Assembly (NCBI GenBank): GCA_963675745.2
Contig: CAXXWX010000015.1
Location: 1-64,000, forward strand
Source: Phycisphaerae bacterium
Lineage (GTDB): Bacteria; Planctomycetota; Phycisphaerae; UBA1845; Fen-1342
DNA length: 64,000 nucleotides
Direction: 5' to 3'
Shown: positions 32,402-42,180 of the stretch, piece after piece
Layout: each line of letters opens with the position of its first letter
How positions within the stretch are numbered: the stretch's first letter is position 1
Position numbers and translations under genes: made by a program
Notes under the pieces: generated by a model
Told to the model about the DNA's origin: nothing
Databases searched by the model: none
What the model saw: only the letters and a program-made list of their open reading frames with translations

Positions 32402-32433
32402 GCCTGCCCTTGACGCCGCTCAAGGTGTCAAAG
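32402..32433. repeat. 32-bp palindromic insertion, copy 1
   Basis: GCCTGCCCTTGACGCCGCTCAAGGTGTCAAAG, near-identical to 32551-32582. Confidence 0.8.
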
Positions 32434-32550
32434 GTGTTGACCTGCCCATCGCCGTTGAAGTCGCCGTTGAGGCAATCGCAGTATGGGTAATATGTGGCGT
32501 ACGTCGCACAGCCGTACATCAGGGCGATCACAAACGCGTCGGTGTCGCCA

Positions 32551-32582
32551 GCCTGCGCTTGACGCCGCTCAAGGTGTCAAGG
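32551..32582. repeat. 32-bp palindromic insertion, copy 2
   Basis: GCCTGCGCTTGACGCCGCTCAAGGTGTCAAGG. Confidence 0.8.
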
Positions 32583-32761
32583 GTATTCACCAAGCCGTCA
32601 CAATTCATGTCGGCGGCGATGAACTCCACGATCAGATTCCCGTCGGCGTCGTAACGCATGCCCTGCTCAACGTCGGCGGCGACCTCGGTCACGGTCGGAT
32701 ATTGGTTCAGCTCGTTCGCCGTGTAAGCCCACTCGTGATCGCCGGGGATGTCCACGCGTAT

Positions 32762-33241
32762 TCACTCCACTTTCACCCCCTTTGTCCGTCCAACGATAGG
32801 TGCACCACACTCGCTGCATCGGTCGGAAACAGTGCCCCGTAGATCATATCCGCATTCGGTACAGGTTCCCGCGCGATGACGTCTTGCGCCAACGGCGGCA
32901 TAGAGCCGGACGGCGATGAGGATCGGGAGCACCGGCCATAGCGGGATGGTGATGCTCTTTGGGGAGGAACTGAGATGAATAGACGGCCATGCACGGTACT
33001 GCGGCCGTCGGAGCTGCATCCGTACGCCGTGCGTATAGCGTGCTGGCCTAATTGGCCAACCAGGCAATTCACCCCAATACACTACCACAGAACTACCCTT
33101 TATCCACACATCACCTTTCGTGGCGTGGCCGATCGCAAGCTCCATGCATCCCAGCACAGCGTACACTGCTGATGCGAAGAGGATCAGCCCAGCCTCTCGG
33201 GACATGCGCTGTAAGGTCATTCGAGTTCCCACGGTGGCCAT
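32762..33241 (-). CDS. Membrane protein with C-terminal double zinc ribbon (putative immunity protein)
   Basis: Two hydrophobic segments and CTECGYDLRG...CSECG; overlaps the stop codon of the RHS-CT gene. Confidence 0.65.
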   Translation of the reverse strand: MATVGTRMTLQRMSREAGLILFASAVYAVLGCMELAIGHATKGDVWIKGSSVVVYWGELPGWPIRPARYTHGVRMQLRRPQYRAWPSIHLSSSPKSITIPLWPVLPILIAVRLYAAVGARRHRAGTCTECGYDLRGTVSDRCSECGAPIVGRTKGVKVE

Positions 33242-34600
33242 TACGGAAAGTCAACGGCCGGATCGTGCCAGTTGTCCCATCCCTTCCAGAAGAAATCTGA
33301 TGGACTTGATGCCCTAACAGAATAGCGGCTCGGAGGATCCTCGCGGCCGTGGTTGGTGGAGAAGTCTGGGGCGCCGAGTTGTCGGTCGGTCCAGTTGCCC
33401 CCCTTCTTCCCTTGATACCAGTCAAACTTGACACATCCAAGGATATACTGATCTTGACACGCCTTGCAGACAGCACACACTTCGAGAGTATGTTTGATAT
33501 TCTCCTTCGATGGATCACCGCCTCTTGGCGTCCATGGTCCGTCGCGGAAGGATATGGGTTGACTGCCTTTTAAGCCCATTCCGGGGGCATCGGTTTTGCC
33601 GGGGTTCTTCGAACGTTCACGTCGCTTTGCCTTCGTGGCGTCGACGCCAATTGTCTCGCCGGGCGTGTAGATCACCTGCACGAGGCGGATGTTCCTGCGC
33701 TTGCGGCACTCATTACAGGCACCGCACTTGATCTTCCTTCTCTCGTAGCTAAGATCATACGCTACTTGAAATCCAATGAGGCTATCAGGGTTGAGTCCTG
33801 CCTCTTCCAGTACCTTCCGATGCTCGGGTGAGTCAACATCGATGTCCGTAACTCGTTCTACCCAGAATAGCCCATACGGACCGCAGACAGCCGGTCGCCG
33901 CGGTGGCTTTGTGCCGAACGGATCGATGGTATCGGTCGGCCGACTGCAAGCGAACTCGTACACGTTGTTGCCGCCGGACTCCCCAATCGGATCCCGATTC
34001 ACCCACCGCCCAAGCTGCGCGTTGTAGTACCGATACCCGTAATAGCTCAGCCCCGTCTCCACGTCGAAGTACTTCGTGCTGAAGCGGAACGGGTTCGCGT
34101 CGGCGTAGGTGCCTTCGCTGCTCAAGAGCTTGCCGAACGGGGAGTATTCGTAGCGAGCGGTCAGCACGTCAGTTGACCAAGTCGTCGCGCGAATGTCGGC
34201 GAGCTGGCCGACGTTGCCGTTGGCGTCGTAGAAGTAGATGTACTTGTAATCGTTGACCTGCGGGCCGGTGCCGCGCGTGTCTTGCAGCGCCAGCAGGCCG
34301 CCGATTCCGCCGGCACCTTCCAGCGAGCCGCTCAGGTCCAGGCCCCAGGTGTACTTGCGCATGATCCTGTCGCCGTCCGTGCCGTCGAGTTCCAGCACCG
34401 GCCGCCAGCCGTGGCGGATGAACTTGCGATCGGCCGTCGTGGTCCACGCGCCGCCGGCGAACGTCTCGACCAGCTTCCGCACCCGGCGGCCACGATAATC
34501 ATACCCGAAACTCACGCGCACGTGGCCTTCGGCCGGGTTGCCGGTCGACTTGACCGCAACGAGCCGGTTCTCGCAGTCGTACTCGAACGACCGGGCGAGC
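33241..34600 (-). CDS. Orphan RHS core with Cys-rich C-terminal toxin-like domain
   Basis: YEYSPFG...NPFRFSTKYFD...YYGYRYY...GRWVNRDPIGE...DPFG core end, then a unique tail. The start is uncertain. Confidence 0.85.
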
Positions 34601-34700
34601 ATCTGCGACATGCACCACAACGGCCGTAGTTGACGGTAGACGCGCCGAGGCAGCCAAGCGCTTTGGATGGTACACGCCACATCGCACCGGTGGAATGTGT

Positions 34701-35159
34701 TCACCGAGGGAACAAGAAGCCAGACAGCGCCTCGCCGTCCCTCACTCGCCCCATTGCGCTCTCCTTAGATTCTAACTTCCGATATCCTCCAGGGTAAACA
34801 ACATAGCCGGTTCTCTTATCGACAAGGTCGATAATGAACACGCGCGTGACGTGGTCTCCCTCTTCGACCACGATCCTCGCAAAGGGCGGACGCTCCTCGA
34901 CGTGATCGAGATTCCAGCTGATCGCAAACCGCTCGCTCTGCGAAGCCGTGATAGTAAGCACCTGCCTTATTCTCCCTCGGTCAAGCGTGCCCGCTTGTGC
35001 CCAGGCGCTCGCCAAGTCAGAGACGCACCGCAGCAAGATCGATTCGCGAATGCGTGGTGCACTAGTTGGATCGTCGCTGACCTTTAGCAGCCATCCAATC
35101 GCGGCTACGCTGATCAGCGTAGTGATACACACCACAAAGAGTAGCCGCTTGACGCGCAT
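34701..35159 (-). CDS. Putative immunity protein with N-terminal membrane anchor
   Basis: Small ORF immediately downstream of the RHS-CT gene, with a hydrophobic N-terminus. Confidence 0.6.
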   Translation of the reverse strand: MRVKRLLFVVCITTLISVAAIGWLLKVSDDPTSAPRIRESILLRCVSDLASAWAQAGTLDRGRIRQVLTITASQSERFAISWNLDHVEERPPFARIVVEEGDHVTRVFIIDLVDKRTGYVVYPGGYRKLESKESAMGRVRDGEALSGFLFPR

Positions 35160-35165
35160 GACCAG

Positions 35166-36500
35166 TTACTTCGCCGGGCAGACGATAGGAATATCATGCC
35201 AATCTGTGAACGCGGGACGGATCTTCTTTGCAGAAGCGCGGAGTATGCCGTAGCGACTTACCAGATTCCGCCAACCGACGTCCCGAGCCGCCTCGCACGC
35301 GTACAGTGTTACGAATCCGAGACGGTGATGCAATGCCCGATTGGCGTCAAAGGCAGCAAGCCCATCCAGTTGTCCGTTGCCTCCTCCAGCGCACCACAGG
35401 ATCCCCTCGACGCCGTGACCACCAAAGAACCAACCGTGTATGTCCTGTTGCCCAAGATAGCCGCGTATATCTGCACTCGTAGCATAATTGTCATACACGA
35501 CCATGTATCCGCGGTTTTCGAGTTCCTTTCGATAGCCACTGATCGTCCAGGACACGTAGACGTTATTGAAACTCCACCAGTCCCATTTCATCCAGCGCTT
35601 CCAGGTGGCTGCGGACACATCACCCTTCGTGATGTAGACAGTGTTGGGCACGCTGAAGGGACATTCTGCGCAGCGGATCTCGGTGCCAGGGGGGATCCAC
35701 TTCCCACTCGTTTCATCGCGCAGCCACAGAGCAGATTCGCTCGGTTCCAGTTTGGCAAACTGTGCTGCGGTTTCCGTCGAGTCGCCCGCCTCTGACAGCA
35801 TTATTGCCCGAGCACCGCCTTGCCGCTTCCCGTCCTTCCATTTCCACAGCCCGAACGGGTCAACAGCAACCATCACCTGATTGCGCACATACAAATACTC
35901 ATTCGGCCCACCAACCTCCCCAATCGGATCCCGATTCACCCACCGTCCAAGCTGAGCATTGTAGTACCGATACCCGAAATAGCTCAGCCCCGTCTCGACG
36001 TCGAAGTACTTCGTGCTGAAGCGGAACGGGTTCGCATCGGCGTATGTGCCCGTGCTGCTCAGCAGCTTGCCAAACGGGGAGTATTCGTATTTCGCCGTCA
36101 GCACGTCAGCCGACCAGGTCGTCGCGCGAATGTCGGCGAGCTGGCCGACGTTGCCGTTGGCGTCGTAGAAGTAGATGTACTTGTAATCGTTGACCTGCGG
36201 GCCAGTGCCGCGCGTGTCTTGCAGCGCCAGCAGGCCGCCGATTCCACCGGCTCCATCGAGGCCCGACCGACCGGAGGTCAGTCCCCCATTTTGACCGGAC
36301 AGGTCCAGGCCCCACGTGTACGTGCGGATGACGGCATCATCGTTCAGTCCGTCCAGCTCCATCACGATTCGCCAGCCGTCGTAGATGAATTTGCGGTGCA
36401 CCGTCGCCGTGGCGTTCCACGCCGGCGTGCCAGTGTTCCAATTGTACACGATCTTCGCGATGCGGCGGCCGAGATAGTCGTATTCGTACTGGGCCTTCGT
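35166..36500 (-). CDS. Orphan RHS core with C-terminal toxin-like domain (His/Cys motifs)
   Basis: RHS-associated core nearly identical to that of 33241..34600, with a different tail after DPFG; 5' truncated. Confidence 0.85.
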   Translation of the reverse strand, partial: TKAQYEYDYLGRRIAKIVYNWNTGTPAWNATATVHRKFIYDGWRIVMELDGLNDDAVIRTYTWGLDLSGQNGGLTSGRSGLDGAGGIGGLLALQDTRGTGPQVNDYKYIYFYDANGNVGQLADIRATTWSADVLTAKYEYSPFGKLLSSTGTYADANPFRFSTKYFDVETGLSYFGYRYYNAQLGRWVNRDPIGEVGGPNEYLYVRNQVMVAVDPFGLWKWKDGKRQGGARAIMLSEAGDSTETAAQFAKLEPSESALWLRDETSGKWIPPGTEIRCAECPFSVPNTVYITKGDVSAATWKRWMKWDWWSFNNVYVSWTISGYRKELENRGYMVVYDNYATSADIRGYLGQQDIHGWFFGGHGVEGILWCAGGGNGQLDGLAAFDANRALHHRLGFVTLYACEAARDVGWRNLVSRYGILRASAKKIRPAFTDWHDIPIVCPAK

Positions 36501-36720
36501 GTGGGCCGCGAGCGCGGGCCACCCGTGCGAATCGTGTGGCTCGATTCGATCGTAACAGCAGCTATTTCCGGTTCGGTCGGCGTCGGCAAGACGCTACAAT
36601 GGATTCGACTTCGGTAGCGGGCCGCCCGGTGCACGGTGCCTCGAAGCGACGTGCCGGGCGGGCGTCGCTGCCCGTGATCAATAGAACTCTGCCAACTCAT
36701 CCGTCGCGAGGATCGCTGAA

Positions 36721-37719
36721 ATGAGGCGTGCGCGCCACACAACCCGGTCGGTGTTCGTGTTGCTGGCATCTCTGACCATTATGGCCTGCGGCGCTGCTGC
36801 CGAACTGATACAGGTCCAGGATCCGCTCCCGGCGGCTGTGGCGGGTCGCGTGTGGGTCTCGGCAGCTTGGGGGCCGGCGCCCGGCGCGTTCGGAATTGTC
36901 GATGAGGCCTCGCGCCCGGGGCCGATGGACTTCGCGATGCACGACGGGCACCTTTACGTGCTCGATCCGGTAAATGCCCGCGTGCAGGTTTTCGATCCGC
37001 GCGGTGGACTCAGTGGCATGATTCCGATCGGCACGCGGACCGCCGACTTCATCTGCGTCGATACGGACGGATCCATCGCGGTGCTCGACGCGTTCGTCAA
37101 GCGCGAACTGCGCGTGTTCGCGCCGAGCGGGGAGTTGCTGACAGCCGCGCGTCTACCTGACTCGCTGCGCCTGCCGTCGGCCATCTTCGCCGACAACGGG
37201 CAGTATCTGGTTGAGGAGCGGCACAATCGCGTGCTGGTGCTGCAAATCGACCGCGCCCGGCATGACCAGATTGCCCGGCCGGTGGCGGCCCTGAGCGGTC
37301 GTCCGCGCATGGCGGATGCCGAAACGATGCACGCCCGCAAGCTCGGCTTGCGCGATGTTGTGATTGACCGCCCAGGTACAGATGCTACGCAACAGACACT
37401 CCGCCTGCGCTTCCCCCGCTCCGTACGTTCAATCGTCGCACTGGAATCAGACGAGCACGGCAACACGTACGTCGCGGCGGCGTGCCTGCGTGACCCGCCG
37501 GTTGATGGTCCATCGGCCGATATCGTGATTACCGCACTGGCACCCGACGACGAACTGCTCGGCGTATTGATCGTCCCCGACCAGTACGTGACGGACCACT
37601 ATCGCAAGCTTCTGGTGACGCCGGATGGTGACGTCGTCCAAATGCAGACCCTGGAGACGGGCGTTCGGTTCATACGGTGGCGCATGCCGGCGTCAGCGGA
37701 GGAAGGGGGTGTGCGATGA
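36721..37719 (+). CDS. Secreted hypothetical protein, NHL/beta-propeller-like
   Basis: Signal peptide; GPMDFA...LYVLDPVNARVQVFD; ATGA overlap with the next gene. Confidence 0.7.
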   Translation: MRRARHTTRSVFVLLASLTIMACGAAAELIQVQDPLPAAVAGRVWVSAAWGPAPGAFGIVDEASRPGPMDFAMHDGHLYVLDPVNARVQVFDPRGGLSGMIPIGTRTADFICVDTDGSIAVLDAFVKRELRVFAPSGELLTAARLPDSLRLPSAIFADNGQYLVEERHNRVLVLQIDRARHDQIARPVAALSGRPRMADAETMHARKLGLRDVVIDRPGTDATQQTLRLRFPRSVRSIVALESDEHGNTYVAAACLRDPPVDGPSADIVITALAPDDELLGVLIVPDQYVTDHYRKLLVTPDGDVVQMQTLETGVRFIRWRMPASAEEGGVR

Positions 37720-40715
37720 CCACGTTGCGCACGTCACTTGCAGCCACCCTCGTTTTCGCGCTGGTCGCCGGCGCGCTGGGCCAAACACCACCCAAGACAC
37801 GCCAGGACATCTTGCGCTACGGCGCGACGGGGATCGGATCCCCATACGTGTGGGGCGGCGGCAATTGGGATCCAAACGACCGGGCGTTTGGCGGGGCCGA
37901 TTGTTCCGGCTTCGTCAGCAAGTGCTGGTCCATCTCGCGCTGGACGCCGTACCGAGTGAATCTGCATGGGCCCGCAACCTCCGGTTACATTCAGACGCCC
38001 GGCTCGGATTGGTACGAGGTTGATCGCGCCGACATGCTCTATGGCGATGCGATCGTCTATCGCTACAACAACAACCAGAGCGGCCACACGTACCTGTATC
38101 TCTCCGGCGACGGTTGGGGAGAGCACGAGATCTACGAGGCCCGCGGTACCGATTATGGCATCGTGCATCGCTGGCGGACCGCGTACGCCGACGCCGACAT
38201 CACTAAAGCCATTCGTTACGCCAACCTGATCGAAAACGTGGACGTTACCGAGCATATCGTCGAGTCCGACGACGGCGCACCGGCGTACACCGACATCGGG
38301 ATGACCGGTTCATCACAGTGGGACAGCTATGCCCTGGGCTGCACTGAGGGGGACTGCCGCTATCACTGGGTTACAGCCACGCGCAATGAGACATGCACGT
38401 TCCAACCGGACTTGCCGGAAGCCGGGTGGTATCGAGTTTACGTCACCTGCAACGAGGATAGCCCGAATGTGCATGATGTGGGAGTCACGGTGGACCATGC
38501 GCTCGGCAGCGTGCGCTACCTGTGGGACCAGGCGGATACCGCCGGCCTCAATCAGTGGGTGCCGGTAGGCGTCGACAGCTTCTATTTCGACGCTGGAACC
38601 GGTGGCACGGTGGTGTGGGACGACTTCGAGGCGTGGCCGACGACGGGCGATCACATCTTCCGCGGCGATGCCACGAAGTTCGTGCTCGACAATCGCGTTG
38701 TTGTGGATGGGGTAGGCGGAGCGCCTGGGGTCTTTGCGTCCCTCACCGACGCGGTTGGCTGGCTCAGAGCGCGCTCGTCGGAAGAGCCGGACATCATCGA
38801 CATTACCTGCGACATGTTGATCGAGCCCGGCTGCATCGAACTGGACATGTGGGATGACGTCACGATCAACGGCGACGCCGACGATAACGGCGTGAGCGTG
38901 ACCATCGCTGTAACGCCGAGCGCGCCGGCGGATTGGACTGTGCCGTGCGGGCTGTATCTTGATGTTCCGATTCAGCACGCGTGGACGCTGCGCGACATTG
39001 TCCTGATCCCCGCATACGTGTCGGCGGGCCACGCTAATGGGGCTCATGGCCTGGTGATTGATGAGCAGAATCCGTCGGGGCAGGCGAGTGGTGTCGGCCT
39101 GACGCTCGAGAACGTCACCGTTGCCGGCAGCCTGCCCGGAAATGTGCCGACTGACCCTGATAGTGACAACCGCGCGCTGGCGACGATGTTCGGCGGCGTC
39201 GGCGGTACGACCGACGGAGCCGTGCTGCAACGCACCGCGGATTGGGCCGGACACGACCTCTGCCGACAGACCGTTGCCGCCACCGATCTCACGATCACGC
39301 ACAGCGCCACGGCCGGCTTGGTTCTAACATCGGCGTATACGGCTTGGGAGATCGCGGGTGGCCTGCGGCTGACCTACAACGGCAACGCCGGCGTGAAGAC
39401 CTATCACATCGATGGCAGCACGTTGAAGGTCAGCGCCACGCCCGGCGCAGTGAACCAGATCGCTCATAACGTCGGCAATGGCATCGTGAACCTTGGTGAC
39501 GGCGGTACCGGCACGGTGCACGTCGAAAGCTGCGCGATTACCAACAACAGCGGCGGTGTGTACAACGAGGATGCAACCACCATCCTGCGCAACTGCGTCA
39601 TCGCCGACAACGCCGATGCCGGCACGGGCGGCGCGGTGTCGGTCGTGGGCGGCAACGTGATGGTGGAGAACTGCACGCTTGCGAACAACACGGCCAGTTC
39701 GGGCGGGGCGATCTACAGTTCCACCGGCACCGTGTCGCTCGCTAACTCGATCGTGTGGGCCAATGGGGCGAGCGCGCTGGTAGGCAGCATGGTGGCCAGT
39801 TACTGCGATATCGAAGGTGGCTTGGCTGGTGTCGGCAACATCGACCGCGATCCGGTTTTCGTCGACGCCAGCGCCGGCGATTACCACCTGCTTCGCCGCT
39901 CGCCGTGCATCAACGAAGCGAATCCAGCGTACACGGCCACGCCGGGCGAGTTGGACATGGATGGTGACACACGGGAGCAGGCGGCATTTCTCGATATCGG
40001 CGCCGATGAGACCGACTTCTGGGACGGCGACGCTGACCACGACGGCGATGTCGACGGCGACGATTTCGCGACGCTGATCGGGTGCCTGTCAGGGCCGGAC
40101 AACGTGCCGCCCGGCCCCGCGGCATGCCTTGATGTCTTCGATGTCGACGAAGATGGCGATGTGGACCTGCCCGACGCGGCCGAGTTTCGCTGGCGGGCCG
40201 CCGCTGGGACCGTGGTCCCGGACATCATTCTCGAGACGCGCGATGCGGGCGGGGCTATCCTGCCGTCGCCCGGCTACCTCGAAGACGGTTCGTGGAACAA
40301 CAGCACGGCCAAGAGCAGTCTGCCCGAGCTTGTGGGCTCCGGCAGCCGGTACATCAACTACGACCTGCCCAACAGCGGCACTGACAATGCGACATTCGTG
40401 CCGACAATCGCCGTCGATGGTGTATACGAGGTGTTCGTGACGTGGGGTACCGGCGCGAACTGCTACGATGCGCAGTACACCATCGAACACGCCGAAGGCA
40501 CGACCGTGCTGCTCGTTGACCAGATCCCGGAAGGCGTGGCCGGCGCGAATGCAAACACGTGGGTGTCCCTGGGGCAGTATCGGCTCACGGTTGGGCAGAG
40601 TGTGGCGAGTGGCTCGGTGAACGTGTCCGAGGTGACCGTCAGCGGCAAGCCGCACTCTGGCTGGAATCAGCGCGTCTACGCTGACGCGGCCAAGTGCGTA
40701 TACATCGGCGAGTAA
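37716..40715 (+). CDS. Secreted NlpC/P60 protein with two golvesin/Xly-like domains, beta-helix and dockerin-like domain
   Basis: SPYVWGG...ADCSGFV and GHTYLY; two FxPxLxxxGxYxVxVT...NxWV...DAxK domains; GGA beta-helix repeats; DxDxDGDVD pairs. Confidence 0.8.
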   Translation: MTTLRTSLAATLVFALVAGALGQTPPKTRQDILRYGATGIGSPYVWGGGNWDPNDRAFGGADCSGFVSKCWSISRWTPYRVNLHGPATSGYIQTPGSDWYEVDRADMLYGDAIVYRYNNNQSGHTYLYLSGDGWGEHEIYEARGTDYGIVHRWRTAYADADITKAIRYANLIENVDVTEHIVESDDGAPAYTDIGMTGSSQWDSYALGCTEGDCRYHWVTATRNETCTFQPDLPEAGWYRVYVTCNEDSPNVHDVGVTVDHALGSVRYLWDQADTAGLNQWVPVGVDSFYFDAGTGGTVVWDDFEAWPTTGDHIFRGDATKFVLDNRVVVDGVGGAPGVFASLTDAVGWLRARSSEEPDIIDITCDMLIEPGCIELDMWDDVTINGDADDNGVSVTIAVTPSAPADWTVPCGLYLDVPIQHAWTLRDIVLIPAYVSAGHANGAHGLVIDEQNPSGQASGVGLTLENVTVAGSLPGNVPTDPDSDNRALATMFGGVGGTTDGAVLQRTADWAGHDLCRQTVAATDLTITHSATAGLVLTSAYTAWEIAGGLRLTYNGNAGVKTYHIDGSTLKVSATPGAVNQIAHNVGNGIVNLGDGGTGTVHVESCAITNNSGGVYNEDATTILRNCVIADNADAGTGGAVSVVGGNVMVENCTLANNTASSGGAIYSSTGTVSLANSIVWANGASALVGSMVASYCDIEGGLAGVGNIDRDPVFVDASAGDYHLLRRSPCINEANPAYTATPGELDMDGDTREQAAFLDIGADETDFWDGDADHDGDVDGDDFATLIGCLSGPDNVPPGPAACLDVFDVDEDGDVDLPDAAEFRWRAAAGTVVPDIILETRDAGGAILPSPGYLEDGSWNNSTAKSSLPELVGSGSRYINYDLPNSGTDNATFVPTIAVDGVYEVFVTWGTGANCYDAQYTIEHAEGTTVLLVDQIPEGVAGANANTWVSLGQYRLTVGQSVASGSVNVSEVTVSGKPHSGWNQRVYADAAKCVYIGE

Positions 40716-41224
40716 AGCAGGCAGAGCGAACTCGCGTAACCAAGGCATGGGCGCTCGCCGAGCTGTACAGCCTCGTTCTCACAACCCGCGCGTTTGACGA
40801 GCGCTCGTGCGCGACTCCGCACCTGGCGTCGGTGCAGCATCTGCCGTTTGAGCAGGATCTGCTGCGAGCGGCGATAGCCCGAGCGAGCCTGCGTGCCGCG
40901 GCACCGCGCGGCAGACTCCCAGGTGCGGTCACCCAAAACGCGGCACCAGATCGCATTCGTGCGGCGCCTGATTATCGGCCCCATCATGGCGTGCCGCGGT
41001 GCAATCCGGACGGTTGACATGCCTCCCACGATTTCGGGCTCAACTTCTCGTTATTCTGGCTTGTCCCCGGGCGGCCCGGGGGCTAGAGTGTAGTGAGTTA
41101 GGATTCGCGGCTCAGTCTCCGCGCATGGCGGCACGCCACCGTCAGTGCGGGCATATCTTTGCTGGGTAGCGTGTAATCCAGAATCGGGAGCAACTCAGGA
41201 GGCGCAGAGAAGGAGCATGCTATC

Positions 41225-42109
41225 ATGAAGAACGTACTTGTATTGGCCTGTGTGCTGGCGATAACTTCAGTTGCCGGTGCACAACTCATCGCGGACGACT
41301 TTGAAGTCGACAGCTCGGCGAACTACACGCTTGTCGAGATTGGTGGACCCGATTCATCCGCCGCGTTCGCTTTCGACTACATCGCCGCCGGCATTCCGTT
41401 GGCCCCGAATTCGCTCGCTGGCGACGTCGGCGGCTTGCGTATGACCGCCAATGACACGATGGGCGTCGCGAACACGCTAACCGCGTTTCACAACACGCCG
41501 ATTGTCGGTCTGGATGCGTACTCGCTGATCGTCGACGTGTATATGGGCGTCTACGCCACTAGTGGCACAACCGAGTTCATGCACGTGGGCGTGGCCGGCG
41601 ACGGCGTCACGGCCAACTCGATCTTTACGCCGATTTCAGGCACCGGTCACTTCATGTCGATGACCGGCGAGGGCGGCTCGGCGTCCGACTATCGACATTT
41701 CAAGCCGAGCGTCACTTCGGTTCCATCCGGCGACGCGAGCTACCTGAACAGTACGAACACGACGAATGCGACGGGCGACACGTATCAAAACCTGTTCCCG
41801 AGCCCGCCGTATACGTGGGCCGGCTCGCCGGGTAACGCCTGGACGACGCTGCGGATCGACTTTGTTGGCGGCGTGGGTGGTACGATCACGTACTCGCTCG
41901 ATGGCGCCACCGGCATGACGCCGATCATCCAGGACGTTTCGGAAGTTCTGGACGGCCAGATCAGCTTGGGCTATGCGGACCTGTTTAGTTCACTCGCCGC
42001 CCCGGCCGGGTCGCAGTACATCATCTACGACAACCTCCAGGTTGTCCCGGAGCCAGGCACGCTCATGCTGCTCGGCCTCGGAATCGTTGCCCTGGTGCGT
42101 CGCCGCTAA
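41225..42109 (+). CDS. PEP-CTERM sorting domain protein
   Basis: Signal peptide and C-terminal VPEPGTLMLLGLGIVALVRRR. Confidence 0.93.
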   Translation: MKNVLVLACVLAITSVAGAQLIADDFEVDSSANYTLVEIGGPDSSAAFAFDYIAAGIPLAPNSLAGDVGGLRMTANDTMGVANTLTAFHNTPIVGLDAYSLIVDVYMGVYATSGTTEFMHVGVAGDGVTANSIFTPISGTGHFMSMTGEGGSASDYRHFKPSVTSVPSGDASYLNSTNTTNATGDTYQNLFPSPPYTWAGSPGNAWTTLRIDFVGGVGGTITYSLDGATGMTPIIQDVSEVLDGQISLGYADLFSSLAAPAGSQYIIYDNLQVVPEPGTLMLLGLGIVALVRRR

Positions 42110-42142
42110 CGCGTCGCCAGCAGCGAGATACTTGACATCACG

Positions 42143-42180
42143 CGAGGTCGCCTGCTTACGCGGGCGACCTCGTTTCTTCT
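42143..42180 (+). terminator. Probable intrinsic terminator
   Basis: CGAGGTCGCCTG...CGGGCGACCTCG hairpin followed by TTTCTT. Confidence 0.7.

Larger units (their letters stand above)
31990..32760 (-). pseudogene. Fragmented RHS core with embedded dockerin-like repeat
   Basis: YTANELNQY, YDADGNL, ADMNCDG..., YVYDGENRL, YDYLGRRIWK and YTWGLDLSG; frameshifted. Confidence 0.8.

Noticed and set aside
33985..36250. Duplicated RHS segments, or the duplicated PEP-CTERM domain, as DGR template/variable repeats
   Set aside because: No reverse transcriptase is in the window and the differences are not adenine-specific.
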